This document shows, in pieces, positions 18,820 to 26,972 of a stretch of DNA of 64,000 nucleotides. The stretch's first letter is position 1; each line of letters starts with the position of its first letter. This DNA is from a virus. The notes beneath the pieces are model-generated. The model was given only the letters and a program-made list of their open reading frames with translations. It did not search any database and was not told the DNA's origin. Where the stretch lies: positions 1 to 64,000 of IMG/VR virus record IMGVR_UViG_3300027779_002128, one strand, 5' to 3'. The translations under genes were made by a program, and so were the position numbers.

Positions 18820-20021
18820 TATGTATGTGTCTCTTTGCGTTTGTTGTAGAGCAAGTTGTTGGTACCGGTAGCAAATGCAAAGAAGTCATCAGCATAACTG
18901 TTAAAACCGGGAATAACATCTGTAATGTTATTTATTGTTTGTTGATGTATTTTCATAGCATGTTCTTGATTATATGTAATGCGTCCTTGTATATATTCTA
19001 AATCTAAGTTCTCTATGTTATTTAATACTTTTTGCGTATTATCGACGCAAGTTTTGAACTCACTTAACGTATTTCTATTATAGGGGTAAATATCTTTGTT
19101 GACACCCGCATGAGGCAACCATTCTGTAGTAGCGTCTGGCTGGTATAGTTTAAATCCTAACGTTGTTAGTTTATTTACAAATTGAGGATGTATGTACACA
19201 AACGGATACCCAAGCACAATAGGCTTAAACGTTTTCTCTGTTACATGAGCTAAACTGGATGCACTAGTCTCTGCAACTATTTCGACTGCAACATCGTTGT
19301 ATAGCTCTGGAGGAAGCATGTCAAAATCCTTACGTCCAGTCTCATTTAGCCACGGTCTATCTATAACTTTAGCAACATTGTTAACCATGCTTCTCATAGC
19401 ATCAAACGAATGGGGTTGATTATCGTAAACAGTTGTCCACGCTTCAAAAAGTTTTACCTCTGAATGCTCAGACCAATGTTCCATTTGTTCATATGTCATA
19501 CAAGCATATTTTAAACTATCGCTTATACTAGAGTGCAAAAAATAGTAAAGTGCAGGGAATCTTGATGGCTTCCACAGCTTACCAGGAAGAAATAATACTT
19601 TTGAATTAGACGGTTTCCATGTAAGATTTTCAATATTGTCTTTAGTGTATGTACTTATAGCTTGATGCAAAAACCACCATATGCTTAACACGTTATCATA
19701 TTGTTCGGCATGTTGAAACGTTGAATTAGTTAGAATTAAATAGTTACTAACAAACTTAGTGCTGTTAATATGTTTAGTTAAACAGTCGCACCAAAGTCGC
19801 ATACCATCGGAATCTGCATTTTCTTCGATATTTAATAACACTATTACTTGTAAATTTTCTGCTAGTGCAATATCAATAATTTTGTTTACTAGCACAGCCG
19901 CCGCGTGGCCTATGTCAACATCATCATTAGTGGCCGCCGTGGGTATATGGGCAACCGCACAGTCATCAAAAAACTGTATATTAAAAGGATAACCACCTTC
20001 TTGCCAAGAGACACGTCTCAT
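18819..20021 (-). CDS. GT10-like putative glycosyltransferase (divergent)
   Basis: EIVAET...VTEKTFKPIVLGYPF...LGFK. Confidence 0.5.
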   Translation of the reverse strand: MRRVSWQEGGYPFNIQFFDDCAVAHIPTAATNDDVDIGHAAAVLVNKIIDIALAENLQVIVLLNIEENADSDGMRLWCDCLTKHINSTKFVSNYLILTNSTFQHAEQYDNVLSIWWFLHQAISTYTKDNIENLTWKPSNSKVLFLPGKLWKPSRFPALYYFLHSSISDSLKYACMTYEQMEHWSEHSEVKLFEAWTTVYDNQPHSFDAMRSMVNNVAKVIDRPWLNETGRKDFDMLPPELYNDVAVEIVAETSASSLAHVTEKTFKPIVLGYPFVYIHPQFVNKLTTLGFKLYQPDATTEWLPHAGVNKDIYPYNRNTLSEFKTCVDNTQKVLNNIENLDLEYIQGRITYNQEHAMKIHQQTINNITDVIPGFNSYADDFFAFATGTNNLLYNKRKETHT

Positions 20022-20747
20022 TTAACTACGTTGGTACTTGTCGAATAATTTTACTGTGTACACACTACAATGTCGTAAGTCACCTAAAAGTTTTCGTGTA
20101 ACTTTCTTTTCTGTAATTAGTTCTGCAAGACTTATAATTTCATAATGAAACATTGTGTGTGGATCGTGCTCGGCTGTTAAGAAGAACTTTAATAATCGTT
20201 GCCCTTTAATAGTTGCACTAATTGGGTACACATCTTTGTACACTTCTTTTGATTTGTTACTTAAACTAACAACCAATTCGTCTACATTTACAGAACATTT
20301 AATATCAAATGATGTACTCTTGCCGTAATCAATTTCGTTAAGGAAATCTTTTTCTGCTTCTGTGTATATTGTGTTGATGCTTTTTAGTTCAATGCTGTAT
20401 AAGTTATCTACTTTAGGATCAATATTTACTCTGTACTTATGAGACTCCGTTTGATTACTTGTTAAGATAGTTAACTGCTCTTGAGAAAAGTTAAACGTTT
20501 GCCAGCCTTCTTGTATGTGTGTATCTGTGTTTTGTGTTAGACAAACTATCTCACCACTTTTATCAAAGTATAATTTCCACTCTTTGTCTTTTTGAGCTTG
20601 TATTAGATTTTCAGCACCACCTGCCTTTTCTTTTTCAGCAAGGAAACGTTTCCTTCTTTCTAGTGCGGCATTAGATACAACGTTATCTTGTTGTGCTTCT
20701 TCTACCACAGCCTTCTTAGTAGTCTTTGTTTTCTTTTTAGTAGGCAT
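20022..20747 (-). CDS. Hypothetical protein with Lys-rich N-terminus
   Basis: 241-aa ORF coupled to both neighbours; no recognisable motif. Confidence 0.75.
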   Translation of the reverse strand: MPTKKKTKTTKKAVVEEAQQDNVVSNAALERRKRFLAEKEKAGGAENLIQAQKDKEWKLYFDKSGEIVCLTQNTDTHIQEGWQTFNFSQEQLTILTSNQTESHKYRVNIDPKVDNLYSIELKSINTIYTEAEKDFLNEIDYGKSTSFDIKCSVNVDELVVSLSNKSKEVYKDVYPISATIKGQRLLKFFLTAEHDPHTMFHYEIISLAELITEKKVTRKLLGDLRHCSVYTVKLFDKYQRS

Positions 20748-21600
20748 AAGAATCCTCCATTTGTTTAATCATTTTGTCTGTTAGCCACTCGTCTTCTACA
20801 TAATGGAATGGTAGTTGTTGTTGGAAGTTTCCTACCTTAAAATTCTTACAATCTTTATAGTATGTAGGCAAACTATCGGTCCATGTTTCGCTAAGTGCGG
20901 CACCTTTTACTTCTTGTATATGACTTTTCATATGTATAAATGTAGGTACTGCTTCAATATTTTCTCTACAACATTCTTGTTCAATTCCCAGTAGTTGCAT
21001 TGCTAAAGCAAATGCTACGTCTCCACTGAGCCAATCAGGCTTGCCTTTTGGCATATACCTGTGAAAGAATCTTTGCCAATGCTGGAATATAATTTCAGTC
21101 ATTGCGAATAGCTCACTTGCTAGATCACTTTGTTTAAAGTAAAAGAATGCTGTGTAGACATTAGGTAAGCCATTTGCAACAAAGTATTTTCTGTAGTAAT
21201 CACTGTTAACAACCTCGCCTCGGTATGTTCTAACTTTAGTTGTTACCCAAACATCACGTTGACCCATAATATCCCACCAATGACTTACATCTGTAGGGAA
21301 TAACATATCAGTATCTAATACTACAGTCTCATCATACGGAGTCATATAGTAATACTTCCACTTGTTATTAATTTTCCATTCGGCATTTTCTGCGTCGTCT
21401 GACCAAGGTATGTCAACAATATTATCAAATACTTTTGTATGCTTAGGCTTAATTAGTTCTCTAGTCGCTGGGTCTACACACACCGTTAGATTGCTTACAA
21501 CCGTCTGTGTTGCTTTTAAATTCAATGCTAGTGCATACGCCTGCTTTAAGTAATCAGTCGTGCTGTTGTTTTGTGCTATTACTATATAACCCTTACTCAT
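20737..21600 (-). CDS. GT-A fold putative glycosyltransferase (GT8/GT71-like)
   Basis: GY..IAQN..DY..AY.LA; TPYDETVVLDTD (DxD); paralogue of 21939-22895. Confidence 0.65.
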   Translation of the reverse strand: MSKGYIVIAQNNSTTDYLKQAYALALNLKATQTVVSNLTVCVDPATRELIKPKHTKVFDNIVDIPWSDDAENAEWKINNKWKYYYMTPYDETVVLDTDMLFPTDVSHWWDIMGQRDVWVTTKVRTYRGEVVNSDYYRKYFVANGLPNVYTAFFYFKQSDLASELFAMTEIIFQHWQRFFHRYMPKGKPDWLSGDVAFALAMQLLGIEQECCRENIEAVPTFIHMKSHIQEVKGAALSETWTDSLPTYYKDCKNFKVGNFQQQLPFHYVEDEWLTDKMIKQMEDSYAY

Positions 21601-21787
21601 TTGCTATTCTCTCTAATACTTTATTCTTTTCATCGTCAGTCATTGTATACCAGTCTCGCATCTCGGTAGCAGTTCTAAAACAACCGATACAATACTCTCC
21701 GCTCTCATCAAAAGTACAAACTTTGATACACGGACTTATTACTGTTGAGGGAGGCCTAGCCTTTCCCCTTCTCAAATCTTCTTCCAA
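21593..21787 (-). CDS. DUF1289-family small Cys/Fe-S-type protein
   Basis: SPCIKVC...CIGCFRT..E..DW; start may be TTG 21775 (TTGA overlap). Confidence 0.85.
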   Translation of the reverse strand: MEEDLRRGKARPPSTVISPCIKVCTFDESGEYCIGCFRTATEMRDWYTMTDDEKNKVLERIANE

Positions 21788-21942
21788 TCCTCTTTAAACA
21801 AACAGAACCTACTATGTCCGCTAGATGTTTTATAAACAAATTGTGCCGCTAACAGTTGTATTACTTTGCCTTCAAACTTTCCATTAAGACGACATGTGTG
21901 TTCTATCTTATCGCCTAGCTCAGGTTTCTTACGGCTACTCAT
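21772..21942 (-). CDS. Small 56-aa protein missed by the ORF track (MSSRKKPELGDKIEHTCRLNGKFEGKV...EDWKKI)
   Basis: ATG overlaps upstream stop (ATGA, 21939-21942); 171-nt frame fills the gap exactly. Confidence 0.7.
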   Translation of the reverse strand: MSSRKKPELGDKIEHTCRLNGKFEGKVIQLLAAQFVYKTSSGHSRFCLFKEDWKKI

Positions 21943-22895
21943 GTTCCTACAGTTTCTATTTCTTGTGCCTTAGCAATTTTCTTTGTAGGTGCTTTAGGCT
22001 GTGTAATAAACTTAATTAGTTCATCACCGATTCTATTTATAGCCCACTTATTCATAACATGTAGATCAACTCCCTTCCATCTAGTAAGAATAAAGTCGCC
22101 CGGACTCCTGACTTTTTCTAAATATAATAATAGATCGTTGCTCGCCAATGCTCTATCAACATCATCAAGATCAAATGTTTTATATAATTTGTGTGGTAAC
22201 TGTGCTACGCCTTTGTCTTGGTAGCCTCCAATCATGTGGGCGGCAATACTAAAACTATAATCGTTTCTATACATGCTTCCTTGCCACTTGTATAAGTCTC
22301 TGTAAAAATCTTTGTTGTTCTTAACATGCTTTACAAAATTAAAAAATGTTTCTGCATACGTTGACTTTTTAAAATAAACTACTGTAGCCCAATACATTGT
22401 TATACCAGTTGGACCGAGTCTATCTAGTTCCTCAAAGTTTCTTTCTGATAGTACGTCCTGAAACTCCCAATTCATCATTAGTTCATTGTTATGTCCCCAA
22501 CATTGATTGAGAGCATCACTCTGTATTAAGTAATCTACATCTAGTAAAATTGTTTCATCATATGGAGAGATATCATATGCATCGCACCTGTTAACATTGT
22601 AAAACTGTAACTGTTTTGATGTATGACTAGTGTCTTTATACATGCGTATGTTACTTTGCTTGAACTCCATGTCTTTATCAACTACAACTATATTTTTAAA
22701 TGCTTGTTGCATTTTTCTAATACCAATAGTTTTTTTGCCATGCTCGAGACTATGAGGATCAGTTACTACAGTAATTTGTGTTCGATCTAATCCCATGTGT
22801 TCTTGTATCAATAGACTGTTAACGTATGCTAACTTAATGTAATCTATTTCAGTATTGTTATGGGCGAACATTATCACCCCACGACTATTCGCCAC
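21939..22895 (-). CDS. GT-A fold putative glycosyltransferase (GT8/GT71-like)
   Basis: GVIMFAHN..DY..LA; SPYDETILLDVD (DxD); RNDYSFSIA. Confidence 0.65.
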   Translation of the reverse strand: MANSRGVIMFAHNNTEIDYIKLAYVNSLLIQEHMGLDRTQITVVTDPHSLEHGKKTIGIRKMQQAFKNIVVVDKDMEFKQSNIRMYKDTSHTSKQLQFYNVNRCDAYDISPYDETILLDVDYLIQSDALNQCWGHNNELMMNWEFQDVLSERNFEELDRLGPTGITMYWATVVYFKKSTYAETFFNFVKHVKNNKDFYRDLYKWQGSMYRNDYSFSIAAHMIGGYQDKGVAQLPHKLYKTFDLDDVDRALASNDLLLYLEKVRSPGDFILTRWKGVDLHVMNKWAINRIGDELIKFITQPKAPTKKIAKAQEIETVGT

Positions 22896-23256
22896 TGTCG
22901 CTTCCTGGATTATTTAAGTCTAGTACAGACGATACATTTCTTGCTTTTCTAATTTTTTCATATTCTATGTAATAGTCATTAGTAACTTCAAAGTATCTGC
23001 TCATAATCTCTGCATAGAAGTTTGACAAATCGATTGCAATAGGATGATTATATACATCTAATAGAATAGCTTCAGTGTGTTTATCGTCAAGCAATACTTT
23101 AACAAAAGTAATTAGTTCACGGTCAATAGTAAACGTACCACCGTTAATACTGTAACTAAGCAAACTTTCTGTCTTTGCTTTCAATACATCTTTCTGATTG
23201 TTAAGTGTTTGCCTATAATTAGAAAATTCTAATGCTGTTTGTAGTTTAGCCGCCAT
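22885..23256 (-). CDS. Hypothetical protein, first gene of the enzyme operon
   Basis: 123-aa ORF with GAG RBS, directly after an exact TATAAATA. Confidence 0.8.
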   Translation of the reverse strand: MAAKLQTALEFSNYRQTLNNQKDVLKAKTESLLSYSINGGTFTIDRELITFVKVLLDDKHTEAILLDVYNHPIAIDLSNFYAEIMSRYFEVTNDYYIEYEKIRKARNVSSVLDLNNPGSDSGE

Positions 23257-23271
23257 ATTTTAACTCTCGTG

Positions 23272-23279
23272 TATTTATA
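23272..23279 (-). promoter_or_regulatory. Exact T4-type late promoter TATAAATA heading the enzyme cluster
   Basis: tatttata on + strand, just downstream of the terminator and about 15 nt before ATG 23256. Confidence 0.7.
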
Positions 23280-23293
23280 CTGATATTTAAGCC

Positions 23294-23329
23294 AAAAAAA
23301 AGCCAGTCAATGAATAAACTGGCTTTTTT
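23294..23329 (-). terminator. Rho-independent terminator (possibly bidirectional)
   Basis: aaaaaaaagccagt-N10-actggctttttt inverted repeat after the 321-aa gene. Confidence 0.85.
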
Positions 23330-23345
23330 ATAGTTGTGTATTAAA

Positions 23346-24311
23346 TTACGAGCCTGTTACAGATCCAACGCTATCTACTGGAACACCAAAGCTAAATCCT
23401 GAGCCACTTGCATCTGGTTGCCATCTTCTAGCATTTAAAGTTAATGTACCTGTTGCTGGTGCATCGATTACGTTATCTGATGCATCAACTAATGTTGTTT
23501 TAAATGTAACTACAGTTGGATTAGTTGTTGAATTTACTTTACCAAACACTTTAATATAGTCATTACTGTATGGTGAACTTGCACCGTAGTAAGACCAAAG
23601 CTCTGCAAAACTTGTTGTTAGTTCGTAAAAACCTTTTCCTTGACTTGTTCCTGCGTCAGCACTTGCTGTATCATATTTTAGATAGAAATTACCCATACCA
23701 CTTAATCTGTTAACATGTGCTGTATACTGAGCACCAGATGATCCTGTGTAACTTCCTGAAACTCCAAGTTGGCCACCACCGTTAAAGAAACCTCTAGCTT
23801 CTGCTTCATTGGAAAACGTCCATGTAGTTTCTTGATTTAGTGTACCAGTCCACGATGTTGTACGAGTTGCACTTGCATCTGTTGATACTGTTGTAGTTGA
23901 AGGACCGAAACGATCATTCCAGCAATCTTGGATATTTAACATTAAGTTAGTCCATGTTGCCGCTACAATATTAGTACTTGTTGTGACGTCTGTGTTAACG
24001 TTAGCTCTTAAAGAAACCCCTAAGAATGCACACATAGCCTGTACGTCATCCTGTAGGTCTTTAAAACCACCTGCGCCTGCTGTTGTTATAGAGCTACCTG
24101 CTGATGCTGATGCAACGCCGGCTCCGCCTTGTCCCCAACCATACGTTGATGCCGCGGTATATGTTCCTAATGTAACATCTTGTGCGTTAGACATTAATGC
24201 GTTTACGTTAGTACGAGCATTGGTGAAGTCTAAATCATCAATGGTATCGCCAGTATTAACGCCTGTCATAGTAGTACCACCTGATACTGTTATACTTGAT
24301 CCTGATGCCAT
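23346..24311 (-). CDS. Ser/Thr/Gly-rich putative virion structural protein
   Basis: Composition, strong AGGAG RBS, tandem ATAAATA promoters, own terminator; EARGFFNGGG motif. Confidence 0.65.
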   Translation of the reverse strand: MASGSSITVSGGTTMTGVNTGDTIDDLDFTNARTNVNALMSNAQDVTLGTYTAASTYGWGQGGAGVASASAGSSITTAGAGGFKDLQDDVQAMCAFLGVSLRANVNTDVTTSTNIVAATWTNLMLNIQDCWNDRFGPSTTTVSTDASATRTTSWTGTLNQETTWTFSNEAEARGFFNGGGQLGVSGSYTGSSGAQYTAHVNRLSGMGNFYLKYDTASADAGTSQGKGFYELTTSFAELWSYYGASSPYSNDYIKVFGKVNSTTNPTVVTFKTTLVDASDNVIDAPATGTLTLNARRWQPDASGSGFSFGVPVDSVGSVTGS

Positions 24312-24330
24312 TTAATTCTCCTAATAATTC

Positions 24331-24353
24331 TATTTATTATATAGTGTATTTAT
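24331..24353 (-). promoter_or_regulatory. Tandem ATAAATA late-type promoter motifs
   Basis: tatttat at 24331-24337 and 24347-24353. Confidence 0.6.
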
Positions 24354-26891
24354 CTAGTTTACGCCGATGACTGCTTCAATAACTCCAGCATCACCGTCTT
24401 CTTTGTTTTCTAAAGCTCTACCAATAACTGCTCTAGCGTCATATTGATCACTGCCTAAAGCCCAGGCCAACCCTGGTACATCACTTGATACGAGCCTTTC
24501 GCCCTTGTTAATTTTTCCTATAACCCTAACTGGACATCTTCCTGCCATTGCTACTGGTAAACCCTCTGCACCACTGTTCATTAAGTATGCTGGGTCTGTA
24601 GATATCACACCAAACACATCTGTGTCTGCGTGATTCTCTGTTTGTGTTATTTCTGCACTTCCGCCCAGTTTCACAACTGTGCCTGATTCGTAGTCAGCGT
24701 CTGCTGAATATATTTCAGCCAAATCCGCATATCTTGCCGTTGTTGCTACGCCACTAAATACGCCGGCTGTTAAAGTATTAGTACTAGGAATATACTGCAA
24801 TCCTGTATCTGTTTTTAATTCTTGGTAGCTTGTTGCACCAGTACTAAACGTAATAGAGTGGGAACCAGCCGCTGAATTTTCAGCAGTTAATTTAAGTGTG
24901 TTTGCCTTAGTAGCAATACCGGTCATTGTACCAGAAACTGTTGCATTAGTAAATGCACTTGTTCCTGAACTTGTAACATCACCTGTTAAGGCTCCAACTA
25001 ATGCAGTCGAAGTAATACTTGTCATGCCTGTTAGTGTTGTATCTAAACTTGTTGTTACATCACTGCCTGAAGCAACTGATGTTAATCCAGCACCTGTTTT
25101 AATGCCTAATGTTTCAGCATCTAAGTTAATAGAAAATGTGCCACTGTCTCCAACAACTGTTAAGTCATCATCTGATGCTGTTACTTGTGAGTCAACGTAT
25201 GCTTTAACTGATTGCTGAGTTGGGATAAGTGTAGCACTATTAGATACCATGTTATCTTCGTCAACAAAAGCTGTTGCTGTAATTGAACCATCGCTTAATG
25301 ATCCAAATGTTAATACGCCCGTTGCCGCGATATCTGTTGTTGATAGTGTATTGGATAGTGGAATGTATGACAAACCAGCATCACTTTCTAATTCATATTG
25401 TGTATCATCTGTTGAAGCGTTAACGAATGTTAAGTATCTAGCATTGCCTAATGAACCTTGGTTGTCAATAAGTACTTTAGATGATGCACCTGTAATAGAA
25501 CTTGAACCTGATAGTATTAATGAACCGTTACTGATTGTTAAGTCTGTTCCAGAGCTTAATGTTATATCACTGTTAAATGTTGTTCCGCCTACAAATGTTG
25601 TTGTACCGTTTACTGTAATAACGTCTGCACCAGCATCACCTAAGTTAACTGCACCGTTTAGTGTAGTAACTCCAGAAATTGTTGCACTTGATAATGATGA
25701 TAAACTAGAAACTGTTACTGCTGTTGCATTAATTGTTGCTATAGTGGCTGTGCCATCTACAGTAAGTGATTGTGTATCAATTGCATTACCATATATATTT
25801 TCAACTTTTTGTGCATCTGTGCCTAGTGTTTGCGTGTTAACACCGTTAAGTGTCAATGTACCGTTAATAGTAGTATCGCCGCCTAGTATAGAACCTGCTG
25901 TAACAACAATGTTTGCAAATGTGGCTGTGCTTGTAGTACCTGTAACATCACCTGATACACCAATACTTCCGGCTACTGTTAAGTCACCTGTCACACTAGC
26001 CGCGCCTGGAATATTTAATTGAGTGTTAACTGTTAGTGTATCAACAAATCCAGTTGAGACAGGATTAGATGCATCACCTAATGCTGTTGCATATAGTGTT
26101 GCAAAGTTTGATGTTTGTGATGCTTCGTATTCTGCACGTTGGTTAGAACCAGGTAATATAATACCTGCTGTTCTACCTGTTCTTGCTGAAGCAATACCAC
26201 CAGACCCTGTAAGTTCTGGATAGTAATCAATTGTTTCAGAACCAATTGGTGTTGCAGTTGGGTTAGCAATAGTAAATGATGCATGGTCGGAATACAATGT
26301 CATTATTGTTTCTTTCTGACCGTTTACTGTTGTAGTACCTACGTTGCTACCAGATCCTGATTTAATGTAAACTAGTGCTAAGACAGGAAGGGTTAAACCT
26401 CCAGATGTCTTTAAAAATAGTGTTCTTAGTCTAGTACCGTAATGAGCTGGTGAGCCGTTTGTTGCATTTGATGAGTAAGAAGTTGTTACTTCTCCTGGGT
26501 AACTTGCTTCTACAAATGAAGTACCGTTGTGTATTTCTAATTTATTTGTATCCTGATTAAAAAACTGTGTGCCTGCGCCTTCACCCTCTGTTGGCCTACT
26601 GCCAGTGGCGCCAACCACAACACCTGTTCTTTTCCAGTCTGTTCCGTCCCATACTCTTAATAAGCTCTCACCTTTGTCAAACCAAATTTGACCAATAAGT
26701 TTAGTGCCTGGAGTTGGTTCTGCAACGCCGGCAAAATTCTCAAGATGCCTAATAGTGTTCTGGGCAAAGTATTGTCCATAGTTTGCTGAGTTACGTCCAA
26801 CTAATGCAAGCGAAAACTGTGTAGTTTCTACTGCATTATCGGCAACGGTATATGTTAATGTACCGTCTTTGTTTGTTATTTCATATGCCAT
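24354..26891 (-). CDS. Tail fibre protein with C-terminal peptidase G2-type autocleaving chaperone
   Basis: N-terminal LVGRN..YGQ..LENFA..GQIWFD anchor; beta-rich shaft; ARYADLAE...GVIST.PAYLMN...VAMAGRCPV...IGRALE. Confidence 0.75.
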   Translation of the reverse strand: MAYEITNKDGTLTYTVADNAVETTQFSLALVGRNSANYGQYFAQNTIRHLENFAGVAEPTPGTKLIGQIWFDKGESLLRVWDGTDWKRTGVVVGATGSRPTEGEGAGTQFFNQDTNKLEIHNGTSFVEASYPGEVTTSYSSNATNGSPAHYGTRLRTLFLKTSGGLTLPVLALVYIKSGSGSNVGTTTVNGQKETIMTLYSDHASFTIANPTATPIGSETIDYYPELTGSGGIASARTGRTAGIILPGSNQRAEYEASQTSNFATLYATALGDASNPVSTGFVDTLTVNTQLNIPGAASVTGDLTVAGSIGVSGDVTGTTSTATFANIVVTAGSILGGDTTINGTLTLNGVNTQTLGTDAQKVENIYGNAIDTQSLTVDGTATIATINATAVTVSSLSSLSSATISGVTTLNGAVNLGDAGADVITVNGTTTFVGGTTFNSDITLSSGTDLTISNGSLILSGSSSITGASSKVLIDNQGSLGNARYLTFVNASTDDTQYELESDAGLSYIPLSNTLSTTDIAATGVLTFGSLSDGSITATAFVDEDNMVSNSATLIPTQQSVKAYVDSQVTASDDDLTVVGDSGTFSINLDAETLGIKTGAGLTSVASGSDVTTSLDTTLTGMTSITSTALVGALTGDVTSSGTSAFTNATVSGTMTGIATKANTLKLTAENSAAGSHSITFSTGATSYQELKTDTGLQYIPSTNTLTAGVFSGVATTARYADLAEIYSADADYESGTVVKLGGSAEITQTENHADTDVFGVISTDPAYLMNSGAEGLPVAMAGRCPVRVIGKINKGERLVSSDVPGLAWALGSDQYDARAVIGRALENKEDGDAGVIEAVIGVN

Positions 26892-26931
26892 CAGAGGATT
26901 CCCTCATTAAATTATCTGTTTTCATTATTGT

Positions 26932-26938
26932 TATTTAT
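26932..26938 (-). promoter_or_regulatory. ATAAATA late-type promoter motif
   Basis: tatttat in the intergenic gap upstream of ATG 26891. Confidence 0.55.
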
Positions 26939-26972
26939 CATCTTCTATTAAGTGCGTACATATTTAAATTCT

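Noticed and set aside
509-23256. DNA hypermodification cluster as the primary interpretation
   Set aside because: No thymidylate synthase/hydroxymethylase, Tet/JBP or aGPT-like gene recognised; late-type promoters and apparent restriction-site avoidance argue against it. Kept only as an alternative.
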